A stretch of DNA of 64,000 nucleotides from Candidatus Parcubacteria bacterium. Its GTDB lineage: Bacteria; Patescibacteriota; Minisyncoccia; UBA6257; 2-01-FULL-56-20. Positions 50,501-58,198 of the stretch are shown piece by piece. Positions within the stretch are counted from its first letter, which is position 1, and every line of letters starts with the position of its first letter. The stretch spans positions 251 through 64,250 of the forward strand of contig DAIDJL010000005.1 of assembly GCA_027450205.1 (NCBI GenBank), in the 5' to 3' direction. Below the pieces are notes generated by a model, which saw nothing but the letters and a program-made list of their open reading frames with translations, was not told where the DNA came from and searched no databases. The position numbers were made by a program, and so were the translations under genes.

Positions 50501-51395
50501 TGGCGGTGAGAGTGTAGATGGTGGTACTTGTGGGGTTTACCGTGATGGAACCGGAAAGGGTGGTCGTAGATAGCGCGAATCCACCAACGTTCGCGGCGAT
50601 CCCCACGGAGGATGCGTTATTGACAGACCAGGAAAGTGTCGATGAGCCACCCGAGAGGATGAATGCTGACGAAACCGAGAAGGAAGCGATAGAGGGGACC
50701 GCGACGCTATCCGTCGCTTCAAAGGTAGCGATGCCATTGTACGCGACAGACGGCGATGACGTTGCATAAGCGGTGGCACTATAACCTCCGGCGAGACTTG
50801 CTACCTTGTATTCGAGAAGACCTGCGTTTGTAGCCGGGCCTGGCATGGCAACGAGGGTAGACCAGGTGCCAGTCGGCGCGAAGACATCATATCCATCATT
50901 AAAATGTCCGATCAGTAGCTCATCGGTGGCGGAAGTGAATACTGTCGGCGTGGAGGTTGGCGATGTTGAGGTCGCCACTTTGTCGAGTGGAATACTTGAT
51001 ATCCCAGAAAATGATGCAAAGAGACAACCTCCGGACCCGTTCGAGTTCGCTCTCGTGCATGTTATTGAATCCGGTCCAGTAGACGTAGCGATTGCATAAA
51101 ATACTTCCTGTTGCCCTCCTGAGGTTGTCGAAGAATACGGCTCCGCGACCTGGAATACACTCCCTAGACTGCTTGACGCGCCGTAAAAGGTCTGTCCCGC
51201 GCCACTTTCTATCCACACGTACATGAGATTGCCGGCGGTAGAAGTCACGTTCATCGTGCAGCTTGTGCTTCCAATGCTGCATGTTGAAGTTGCGACGAGC
51301 GAAATCGTTGCTTTCACTTGCCCGGCCATCCCGAAAAACACGTACAATAAACAACCTGTTACGAGCGCATTTATTAGGAGTCGCCGCAATGTCAT
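47589..51395 (-). CDS. giant secreted cell-surface protein with an Ig-like repeat, an FN3 domain, a putative glycoside-hydrolase-like central region and a C-terminal peptidoglycan-binding domain
   Basis: The signal is MTLRRLLINALVTGCLLYVFFGMAG. The Ig-like repeat is STLSWSVNNASSVGIAANVGGFALSTTTLSGSITVNPTSTTIYTLTATN. The FN3 is PPTTPTSVVGAAMDAGTVNLSWATSTDPSGPGLGGYTIFRCIG...TTYTYSVQAFD. The C-terminus (RSLQHYLNTNGFPVV...LALEKFQASHGIPATGYFGPLT) is PG_binding_1-like. It is paralogous to 1..2990. Confidence 0.7.
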   Translation of the reverse strand: MTLRRLLINALVTGCLLYVFFGMAGQVKATISLVATSTCSIGSTSCTMNVTSTAGNLMYVWIESGAGQTFYGASSSLGSVFQVAEPYSSTTSGGQQEVFYAIATSTGPDSITCTRANSNGSGGCLFASFSGISSIPLDKVATSTSPTSTPTVFTSATDELLIGHFNDGYDVFAPTGTWSTLVAMPGPATNAGLLEYKVASLAGGYSATAYATSSPSVAYNGIATFEATDSVAVPSIASFSVSSAFILSGGSSTLSWSVNNASSVGIAANVGGFALSTTTLSGSITVNPTSTTIYTLTATNPGGSATSTQTVTIDSIPPTTPTSVVGAAMDAGTVNLSWATSTDPSGPGLGGYTIFRCIGSCTPTSSIASSSIPTFIDTSVTASTTYTYSVQAFDTSGLASVTSTSIQVTTPSSSILFFDDFETGDFSAWSGTGSATTSDAVYLNGEYAISTSTVHSGQYSFRATLPVSGGSVKLLENIPTSTALYARFYFYIDPAYTETNPVVIYEGTTQLWLACSGGSFYLQDSNGNRGAIAVSKGAWHSVEVHTVAGSGDGIESVILDGAQDIYLAGQTIAGPFTRVYLGFDDADGTQTGSAYFDDFDLSNAPIATPTANITVRYPDAADRSAIPIDVTMWGESPTDILTASIDGTRVYTQNGSMTNHERLSVDVSSLAAGNHSFEVQLENANGTQKAVYNGTITKYTNGLPSGVYIDANNDIYLNGQPYFPVTPFIDGSAAWVNQWLASSSVNAYGWSDCWENNYAYNYTEFNTCMDTVGAPFIGPDGNWTGQTSSTYAANDPNAVTTTISYVNNDRSNPNLFMWTWMDEPDIGPTPGHVLPSRMLALTQATNENDPNHPVVTNLAGYYPIADRQNGWYFSIVPNSTPMFTDVYASDIYPFIYQTSGWTVADEVTNWDAIAAYTYNLVPRIAFIEAGLCDSSQPCSGYGPTAAQVNMEAWLAVIHGMKGVSWWGPAGWTDETPQDYSVLSQFVTDTEHFSSVILSSTTLSVSTNRTGDSADNRVDVMVREDANNIYVFAARLTDVNESSTPLSTTITINGANPTGDAVVYNESRSVPVTNGVFTDTFSDSAVHIYVISKSSKATSGGGTGGGIVYSSGGGGSYFAPAPSSSTASSSSSGNGALLIVSSSTIVSSSSSPLLTLTMLVNALCSLVTEAETKGIAISASASSLCGGTPSFTKNLFLGMRDPEVRSLQHYLNTNGFPVVSVPTYAGSLGYETEYFGMDTKLALEKFQASHGIPATGYFGPLTRAWIAEH

Positions 51396-51474
51396 TGAGG
51401 TGTGGAATAAATAATAGATATAATGGCGGAGGGTTCGAGTTACTCTGTTTTAATTATACTAAATAATATGAAAC

Positions 51475-52980
51475 CTAACGAGCACAGCGAAAGCCAATAT
51501 AATAATCAGGGCCGGAAGCTCCCCAGTTGACACTCAGCATAAAGAGTCCGCTCGTCCACCCACTGTTATAGTCGTTGCCGCGATCAAAATCCCATGTGCC
51601 CTGATTGCCACCGTTGAGATACGTCAGAAGCGCTCCCATTCCTTGTCCAGAATTCCAGCTATTCGGAGGCGCTACTTCGTTTTGGGGGACATCCGATGTC
51701 CAGTTCGATACATTGGTGAATTCGCACCAGCTCCAGGTCGCACCTCCCCCTGAACAGGAAGGCACGTTCATGGTATTCGTGGCGTCACCTTGATCCATCG
51801 TGCTTCGTTGTACGTGCTCATCCACATTTCCCGCCAAATCCCAAATGACCGAGCCATCGGAAAGTACGAGTGTGCGGCGCTGATTTTGAGCAGCAGAACC
51901 GCCGGTTCCTGTACCACCGCCTGAAGTCGGACCGTCGGTGCCTGTATATCCATCAGCATCATTCGGGCCCGCCGGAGAAACTGCATTGGGGATACCGTCG
52001 TTATGGCCGGAATACACATACCCGGAGCCGACCGATCCGCCCGACCAGTTCGCCGCCTGCCCAACTGCATTCATGGCGATCGTCATATACTCATCGTTCG
52101 TGAGAAGATGCGCACCGATGGAATCGCAGTATTGCTTTGCGGTAGGTTCGCTCACAAATCCAATGGGCCATCCACCGGGCAGTGATGAAATTTGACGACC
52201 GTTGGCAGTGCTGCATGCATAAGATGCATCGTCATACGTGTCATATCCGGAATTGTAGTCATTCAAATAATTCCCTTTACCGTCAGAACACACTGCGTCG
52301 TATTTCATCACCCAGAATGCGGGCGTCCCATACGTCGGGTTGCCGGGAACCAAGACCCAGTTCCGCCCACCCGCAATAGTCTGGCTGCTCCCGCTCCGGA
52401 ACAGATTGGGATTTGCCCCGGTGGCTGCGATCTGTTTCTGTGATTCAGGCACCGCGATCAGTTTAAAGTTCGTTCCGTCGGTCAGATACTCGTAATACAG
52501 ATTGGTCGAGGTCTGATTTGAGGGATCGACGGGCAGCGATCCCAGCGGAGACCCGCTTGATATGTTTTTGAAATCCACCGGGATCCATCCCGTGCCGTCT
52601 ACGTTCCGATACGTTGAGCTCGCCGCGCAATGGAAATATCCTCCCGAAGGGAAGCCCAGCCCCGAACAATCCGTGCCAGCGGAGCTGGTAGCGGTGGGAT
52701 CGGGGATGGAGATATATGCAACATTAGGGGTACCCAGAGAGTAAGAACTATTTCCGCTCTGGTCAGCCATATATGTCTGAATTGCATTGGTCAGAGTATT
52801 AAGGTCAGATAAGCGATTGACATCCCGTGATTGCTTCAGAAGCTCGGCGGGATTGAGGACGAGAACGACGACCACGGCAAGGATGGCGAGGATGGCGATG
52901 ACGACGAGAAGCTCGATGAGGGTGAAGGCCCTCTCGCTATTCCTCCGCTCCGCATGGTATGAAGAGGATGGTGCGGCCAT
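51475..52980 (-). CDS. type IV pilin-like protein with a C-terminal FGE-sulfatase (C-type lectin fold) domain
   Basis: The prepilin N-terminus is ERAFTLIELLVVIAILAILAVVVVLV. The first ~150 aa are paralogous to 3079..4359. The C-terminus GNDYNSGWTSGLFMLSVNWGASGPDYYIGFRCAR carries the FGE-sulfatase signature (GGSW...YIGFRCA). Confidence 0.7.
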   Translation of the reverse strand: MAAPSSSYHAERRNSERAFTLIELLVVIAILAILAVVVVLVLNPAELLKQSRDVNRLSDLNTLTNAIQTYMADQSGNSSYSLGTPNVAYISIPDPTATSSAGTDCSGLGFPSGGYFHCAASSTYRNVDGTGWIPVDFKNISSGSPLGSLPVDPSNQTSTNLYYEYLTDGTNFKLIAVPESQKQIAATGANPNLFRSGSSQTIAGGRNWVLVPGNPTYGTPAFWVMKYDAVCSDGKGNYLNDYNSGYDTYDDASYACSTANGRQISSLPGGWPIGFVSEPTAKQYCDSIGAHLLTNDEYMTIAMNAVGQAANWSGGSVGSGYVYSGHNDGIPNAVSPAGPNDADGYTGTDGPTSGGGTGTGGSAAQNQRRTLVLSDGSVIWDLAGNVDEHVQRSTMDQGDATNTMNVPSCSGGGATWSWCEFTNVSNWTSDVPQNEVAPPNSWNSGQGMGALLTYLNGGNQGTWDFDRGNDYNSGWTSGLFMLSVNWGASGPDYYIGFRCAR

Positions 52981-53063
52981 CAGTGAGATAGCTTAATCTT
53001 AGCATTTTGACTGTACGATGAGTTATCCATGCATAAGTGAGCCAAGTATCCTACGATAGGCCC

Positions 53064-54359
53064 TCAGTTTCTAGGTAAGCCCATGCGAGCAACCACCTGA
53101 CGAAATCGCGGCTCTTCGCGAACCAAATCCCAGCGTATATCGACGTTGAGATGGATCAGCCAATCGCATCTCTGATCGAATGCTCGTTCGAGACACTGAA
53201 GCGCCTCTTCCTTCTTTCCAAGCCCAAGAAATACTAACGCCTCATTCCAAGCAGACACGTAAACGGCAGATTTGAGGTTGCGCAACTTGTTAAGGCAAGC
53301 CAACGCAGACTTTGTATCACCTTGTTTCCCGTATGCGTAGCCGAGGCTTCCGTAGGCGCCCGGTGACTCTGCGATTTCGAGCGAGCGCTTGAATTCCTTG
53401 ATCGCGGTGGATTCGTCGCCCGCCACTTCCCAAACGTAGCCGGACATCATATGGCCCACCGCAAATGGTCCAAAATCGATGAGTGCCCGTTCGGATTCGG
53501 CAAGGGCCTCTTCCGTGCGCTTGGCGAATCCAAGCATCCACGGCAGGGTGAAGACAGTCATAGGGGAACGCCAGTCCAAGTCGGCGGCCCGCCGTGCATG
53601 AGCGATCCCATCGTCGAATCGACCGCGCGCGATGTCAAAATGCGCTTGGATGAGATGCGCATATTCGTCATCTGCATTCAGTTCGAAGGCTCTTGCGAGG
53701 TCCTTCTCCGCTCCTGTCCAGTCGCGGTCGTAGGTCGCACGGGTGAGGCCGTAGATCGCGTACGCGGAGGAGAATTTCGGATAATGAACCAAGGCTTCCT
53801 GCAAGACGGCTCTTGCCCGTTGAACGCTTCGCTGAGGAAAATCGAGGCAGAATCCTGAATGTCCTTGATTGATGTAATTGATGGCGAGACACGCATAGGC
53901 GTCAGCATCAGGCCCATGCCGCAAAACCTCCTCATAGCGCTGTACGGCTGTTCGAAGTGCGGGGAGGGTAAAAACGTTCATGCGATCGAGGGCGATCGCC
54001 TTCAATCGTTCCGCTTGGCTTACCGAAGGACCGTCAACCTCGGTAACGGGAACCCCCGAAGCAAGGTGATAGCCTCGCCCGCGAGCAGTGGCTATAAATT
54101 TTCGGGGAAGCTTGCGACGAAGCTCCTTGATGACATCATCGACGGGATGGCGATTCCATTTCGCCGGAGCACGATTCCAGGGAGTGAACTCTTCCCGAAG
54201 GATCACTCCGCCTTTTCGCGCCGCGAGTTGGAGCAATACCTCGAATTCAACCCCGGTCAGCTCAACGATCACTCCGCCCATCCGTGCCTCACGCAGATGG
54301 GCGTCGAGGAATAACGGGCCGACTCTGAAAGACGGTTGCGGGTCATTCGAGAGCGTCAT
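53064..54359 (-). CDS. winged-helix (OmpR/CadC-type trans_reg_C) + TPR-repeat transcriptional regulator
   Basis: The N-terminal trans_reg_C pattern is FRVGPLFLDAHLREARMGGVIVELTGVEFEVLLQLAARKGGVILREEF...VIKELRRKL...IATARGRGYHL. The C-terminal ~280 aa have TPR-like Ala/Tyr/Gly periodicity. Confidence 0.55.
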   Translation of the reverse strand: MTLSNDPQPSFRVGPLFLDAHLREARMGGVIVELTGVEFEVLLQLAARKGGVILREEFTPWNRAPAKWNRHPVDDVIKELRRKLPRKFIATARGRGYHLASGVPVTEVDGPSVSQAERLKAIALDRMNVFTLPALRTAVQRYEEVLRHGPDADAYACLAINYINQGHSGFCLDFPQRSVQRARAVLQEALVHYPKFSSAYAIYGLTRATYDRDWTGAEKDLARAFELNADDEYAHLIQAHFDIARGRFDDGIAHARRAADLDWRSPMTVFTLPWMLGFAKRTEEALAESERALIDFGPFAVGHMMSGYVWEVAGDESTAIKEFKRSLEIAESPGAYGSLGYAYGKQGDTKSALACLNKLRNLKSAVYVSAWNEALVFLGLGKKEEALQCLERAFDQRCDWLIHLNVDIRWDLVREEPRFRQVVARMGLPRN

Positions 54360-54520
54360 AGCAGGTGAGCGGCTCCCCTACAAAACTCCTACAAATCCTA
54401 CAGTTTTCGGGACCATCAACTCTTCCATGTTCGCCGTAAAGTAAGCCAGATGCAACCGGATTCCACATCGAGGCCCCGCAAAGGACCTCGGCGGACGGGA
54501 AGCCGGGGAAGGAGGTGGAT

Positions 54521-54847
54521 ATGGAGCGGGAGGCCATCATCATCGATTCGGACATGAGTCACGCCACTGAACTGCAGCATGCGCTGAAGTCTATCGGCTG
54601 CAAGGCAATGGTATACAGCGACAACAAGATTGCCTTGGAAATGATCGAGCGGCATCGTCCCGATCTGGTGATCGTGGTCCCTCGCTCCCCGATGACGCTG
54701 GCTGACGCGCTTCTGTCTGTACGGACAGCCGTGAAGCATCTGGAAATCCAACCGGAACTCCTTTTTGTGCTCAGGTGGACGCCTCGGGGACCGGCAGAGC
54801 GTCTCTTGGGTGATCGATGGAAGGTGCAGGTGGTCTATGAACGATAG
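54521..54847 (+). CDS. receiver (REC)-like domain protein
   Basis: AIIIDSD...PDLVIVV resembles the CheY-like acidic pocket. The SD GGAAGGAGG lies 5 nt before the ATG. The call is weak. Confidence 0.3.
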   Translation: MEREAIIIDSDMSHATELQHALKSIGCKAMVYSDNKIALEMIERHRPDLVIVVPRSPMTLADALLSVRTAVKHLEIQPELLFVLRWTPRGPAERLLGDRWKVQVVYER

Positions 54848-55373
54848 GGAACCGATCGTTCGGGTTGTCGAGGAAGTCGAGTACCTGCTTGCACGACGGA
54901 AGCGCATGGCGCAAGAACGCCCGCGCCTGGAGGTCGTGCACGGCTATCACCAATTGGGAACGATTTGCGTTCCCGGGGAAACAATCGACGGATGTTTTCT
55001 CCGGTTTTCCGAGCGGGAGATCCCGATTCCCCTCTCCCTGCCGGGTCTCATGCTCTGTGACTGCCTGGTGCGGCATCGTCACACGCCGCTCAGCATCGCG
55101 CGTCTTGAGCGCATTCTGACCAATGACCCCTTCTACCGGCGTCTCGGTGCAAATTCATTCGAGCATATCGTGGAGACGCCCATGTTCACGCGCGTTTCGC
55201 TCAGAGTCTACATCGCACGGCTGCGCGAGCAAATTGCGAAGGCAATGAGAAAGGGCGGATCGACGCTTTCGCCGGACGACGCGCTGGTAGCGGATACGAC
55301 GGACTCGAACGTGGTGGTGCATCGCATCACTCTGCCGGTTGCAACAGTCCACCGAACGGCGAAGCTCAAGTAA
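54840..55373 (+). CDS. hypothetical protein with a possible winged-helix DNA-binding C-terminus
   Basis: There is a 4-bp overlap with the upstream REC-like gene. VYIARLREQIAKAM resembles the OmpR-type wing helix. Confidence 0.3.
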   Translation, partial: NDREPIVRVVEEVEYLLARRKRMAQERPRLEVVHGYHQLGTICVPGETIDGCFLRFSEREIPIPLSLPGLMLCDCLVRHRHTPLSIARLERILTNDPFYRRLGANSFEHIVETPMFTRVSLRVYIARLREQIAKAMRKGGSTLSPDDALVADTTDSNVVVHRITLPVATVHRTAKLK

Positions 55374-55405
55374 TCCCGCGAAACTCGACGCGGAGAGGGA
55401 TCGAC

Positions 55406-55654
55406 ATGTACCGGATCGTCACGGAAGACAAGAACGTGGAAGGGATCAAGGCGGCGCTCATCGCCTTTGATCTCGACTTCACGCTCTTCCGTGGCATCGG
55501 ATCGTGGCGGGGTAGAGAGGAGCCAAGCCTCGCGGTCGAGCTCGACCGCATTTCCCGGGAAACTGCGGAAAGCGTCGCCCTCAGCATCAAGGCGATGAAC
55601 GATCAGGAGGCGGTCCTCCTGCAAGAGTTTCCTATCAAGACGGACCTCCTCTAG
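55406..55654 (+). CDS. small hypothetical protein
   Basis: An 82-aa ORF with an ATG start and no motif. A competing minus-strand ORF exists. Confidence 0.2.
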   Translation: MYRIVTEDKNVEGIKAALIAFDLDFTLFRGIGSWRGREEPSLAVELDRISRETAESVALSIKAMNDQEAVLLQEFPIKTDLL

Positions 55655-55878
55655 GAAGTCACTCTTCGAAGACCCCTCTGTTGGGTCTGTTGCAGTGTAA
55701 TTTTTTCTGTATGTAATCAGCTTCTTTGCAGGGAGTATCGGCATGATGCCGTCTAGAAATCCTGTCAGATTTGCGTGAGGGCATCGACCGCTACAAAATC
55801 GACTACATCGATGTAGCGGGAAAAAGCAGATGCGTGGCCGGAATCGGTCATATCAGATGAAATATCTAAGGTTTACGA

Positions 55879-55930
55879 TGGTCGGGGCGGAGGGATTCGA
55901 ACCCCCGACCCTCTGCTCCCAAAGCAGAAT
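55879..55930 (-). other. 3' fragment of a tRNA-Pro(TGG) gene (anticodon arm through CCA), a likely att-site remnant of an integrative element
   Basis: The minus strand reads TCTGC-TTTGGGA-GCAGA-GGGTC-GGGGG-TTCGAAT-CCCTC-CGCCCCG-A-CCA. It has a perfect anticodon arm (loop UUUGGGA, as in E. coli proM), a T-arm and an acceptor 3' strand with encoded CCA. The upstream 5' half (needs CGGGGCG + D-arm) is absent. Confidence 0.55.
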
Positions 55931-56004
55931 AAGGCGGCTATGGTTCCTTGTGGAAATCTGCTGCGTGGTTGTGCTTTGGATTGAATGGGTTAGAGTATCG
56001 CTAC

Positions 56005-57285
56005 TTACCCTTGTTGATCGTTGTGGCTCTCGGAGGCTTTGACCGCTACAAAATCATCTACATTCAGGATTTCTCGTTGTATCGGCAAAAGGGGCGACCA
56101 GAGGAAAGCTCCGCCGGAAACCGGAGACGAATCACAAAGGTTTATCGCCTCAACCCACGTCATCGCGACGGCAAGTAGCCCAAGCGACGGTGCAGTCGCT
56201 TGGATATTCTCGAACATGACCCGACCACAATCCCCGGGCCCATCGCCGAGTGTTTCGGCAAACTGCGGTGCGGTGTTCGTGTTCATTGGCTCGGTAAAGA
56301 TGACCTTCGCGATCTCACGACTTGGCGGAAGCGAATGCCAGCTTATGCGGGGCCGACAGAAATTCGTACCAACACCGCACTCGACGAGCCAAGGGAAGCC
56401 CGCCTCCACTGCAATTCGCCTAGCATCCATATTGTCGAAGCCGAGAAAGGCAAACGCAGACTGCAATTTACCGCACTTCCAACCCCATTTGATTTCACGT
56501 TGTTCTTCGGTGACGACCCATCCCCAGCCTCGGCAGAGCGCGGCAAGATATTCGACCTTAGGTTTATTGCGCCAAAGTTCTAATGCTTGCTCTTCTAGGA
56601 GTATCTGAGTCCGCTGGTTACAATCCTCAAACGGATCCTTATCGAGGAGATGAACCCGAAGTCTCTGCCCATTCGCCAAAAAGAATGCCAAGGCCAGAAA
56701 CGCTTGCCCGACCTGCCCGGCGCCTAAGACTGAAAATGGGGGTAAAACGATCTCTGAGGGCACGATTGGGAGACTGACCGAGTTTTGGACCCACGCCTCG
56801 CGGAAGGGAGGGATACCAACGGCTTGTGCAAGCGCAGAAAATGCCAAGTAACCGGATATTGCGCACGCGCAGATCGGATGAGCCGGATTATGTCCCGGCA
56901 GTGTCGTTCCGTAAGCAATCTCATTACCACGCGCATCTCCCCTGATTTCGATTCCGTGCCCTTGCTCGCCTGGTATGTCGCCGAGGAGGATGCGAATGCC
57001 ACCTTCCGGTTCACCGCTTCGAAGCTCGCACCGAGGTCCTAGCGCGACCGGTGCCGATGGCATCTGGTCTAATCCCGCATGGATGAGAATCCGTCCGGTG
57101 AACTGACGCTCGAGGGCCGAAGCCAGAAACCAAACACACGGCCAAAGGTCATTCGCAGTCGCTCTCGTCGGTTCGACGATGATTGAGACATCTTTAGCGA
57201 GACGACGATCAAGCTCTTCAGACGTCAATGCATCGATATCGGCCTTCAGAAGCCCGTTGATAATCCGATCATTATGGCGTTCCAT
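56005..57285 (-). CDS. E1-like (ThiF/MoeB/UBA superfamily) ubiquitin-activating-like enzyme
   Basis: The Rossmann motif is FSVLGAGQVGQAFLALAFFLA, in a 426-aa protein. It is last in a 4-gene minus-strand operon with JAB, E2-like and Ubl-like genes. Confidence 0.65.
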   Translation of the reverse strand: MERHNDRIINGLLKADIDALTSEELDRRLAKDVSIIVEPTRATANDLWPCVWFLASALERQFTGRILIHAGLDQMPSAPVALGPRCELRSGEPEGGIRILLGDIPGEQGHGIEIRGDARGNEIAYGTTLPGHNPAHPICACAISGYLAFSALAQAVGIPPFREAWVQNSVSLPIVPSEIVLPPFSVLGAGQVGQAFLALAFFLANGQRLRVHLLDKDPFEDCNQRTQILLEEQALELWRNKPKVEYLAALCRGWGWVVTEEQREIKWGWKCGKLQSAFAFLGFDNMDARRIAVEAGFPWLVECGVGTNFCRPRISWHSLPPSREIAKVIFTEPMNTNTAPQFAETLGDGPGDCGRVMFENIQATAPSLGLLAVAMTWVEAINLCDSSPVSGGAFLWSPLLPIQREILNVDDFVAVKASESHNDQQG

Positions 57286-57293
57286 GCTGAGCC

Positions 57294-57875
57294 TTATACA
57301 AGTACGACGCGTCGGCCAATTTCTGATCCACGAAATTCATGCCAGCCGTCGTTAGTTCGCGCATGAATCCCAATTCGCGCTAAATCCCACGGCTCTCGAC
57401 CGTACCAAGGCACCACAAGCGACCAGAACCCGATCCGTGAGCATATCTGGTTGTCTTCATCGACCGCACTTAGTCCGACCCAGTCTCGCGGATGCGTATG
57501 AATGAGCGAAACGATCTTTTGGCCTTTTGTCGCAAGCGTACGATACAGTTCGAATTTCGCTCGCTCCGAGAGCTCAAGCGAGAGCGGTCCAGCATTGTCT
57601 TCGCAAAGTTCGTGGTGATAAAGCACGTCGGAGGCGATCGCGTCGTCGCCATCCAATGACCCGATCCAGATTGCCGCGCTTTCCCGCCATCCGGCGCTCC
57701 GGTCAGCCAATTGCCGGAGCGTTCTCTCGAATAACGACTGTGGAACCAGCAGTCGAGTATGCTTTAGCTCTTCCGGTTGTACCCGCGCCCGGGAACGTGA
57801 AGCATCGTCCTCAGAAAATCGAGGTATCCCACGATTTGGTTTTCCTTTTTTTGCCATGCTCGGCTTTGTCTCCAT
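57294..57875 (-). CDS. JAB/MPN (JAMM) metallopeptidase, deubiquitinase-like
   Basis: The JAMM motif is HTHPRDWVGLSAVDEDN (HxHx7Sx2D), with an upstream Glu. The track TTG start was moved to ATG (METKPSMAKK). Confidence 0.65.
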   Translation of the reverse strand: METKPSMAKKGKPNRGIPRFSEDDASRSRARVQPEELKHTRLLVPQSLFERTLRQLADRSAGWRESAAIWIGSLDGDDAIASDVLYHHELCEDNAGPLSLELSERAKFELYRTLATKGQKIVSLIHTHPRDWVGLSAVDEDNQICSRIGFWSLVVPWYGREPWDLARIGIHARTNDGWHEFRGSEIGRRVVLV

Positions 57876-58198
57876 TCTGGGTGGTGGTGAATCCCTTGGC
57901 GATCTTGATCCCAACAGATAAACCCAGGTGACGACCTAAATTTGATTGTGCCTTCAAAAGTCACATCGCCATCGGGCCATACTTGCGGACTACCGCACGG
58001 GATGAACGAGCAGCTGATCGGCTCATTCCAATATCCAGTACAATCGAACCGCGCCAAGAACCCTCGACCATCGGGGGCGTTCAGACGTACTTGCACTACG
58101 TCGCCATCTCGCCCCGCGAGTTCCCAGAAACCCTGATCTACACCGGCCCGAAATTCCGGGGATGCAACGTCGCGCGTGAGCCGTTCGCCGCTATCCAT
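57764..58198 (-). CDS. candidate E2-like (UBC-fold?) conjugating enzyme
   Basis: A 144-aa Cys-containing protein (FICWDQDRQGIHHHPEW) sits between the Ubl-like and JAB genes. The assignment rests mainly on operon position. It overlaps the upstream gene by 8 bp. The 57764 end overlaps the JAB coding region, so the true stop may differ. Confidence 0.3.
   Translation of the reverse strand: MDSGERLTRDVASPEFRAGVDQGFWELAGRDGDVVQVRLNAPDGRGFLARFDCTGYWNEPISCSFIPCGSPQVWPDGDVTFEGTIKFRSSPGFICWDQDRQGIHHHPEWRQSRAWQKKENQIVGYLDFLRTMLHVPGRGYNRKS

Noticed and set aside
55208-55744. 178-aa minus-strand ORF
   Set aside because: No motifs. It overlaps two plus-strand ORFs that have an SD-supported start and translational coupling. 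The evidence either way is weak.
55879-55975. complete tRNA-Pro gene
   Set aside because: Only the 3' ~50 nt are tRNA-like. The expected 5' acceptor strand CGGGGCG and D-arm are absent from the upstream sequence, so it is reported as a fragment/att remnant instead.
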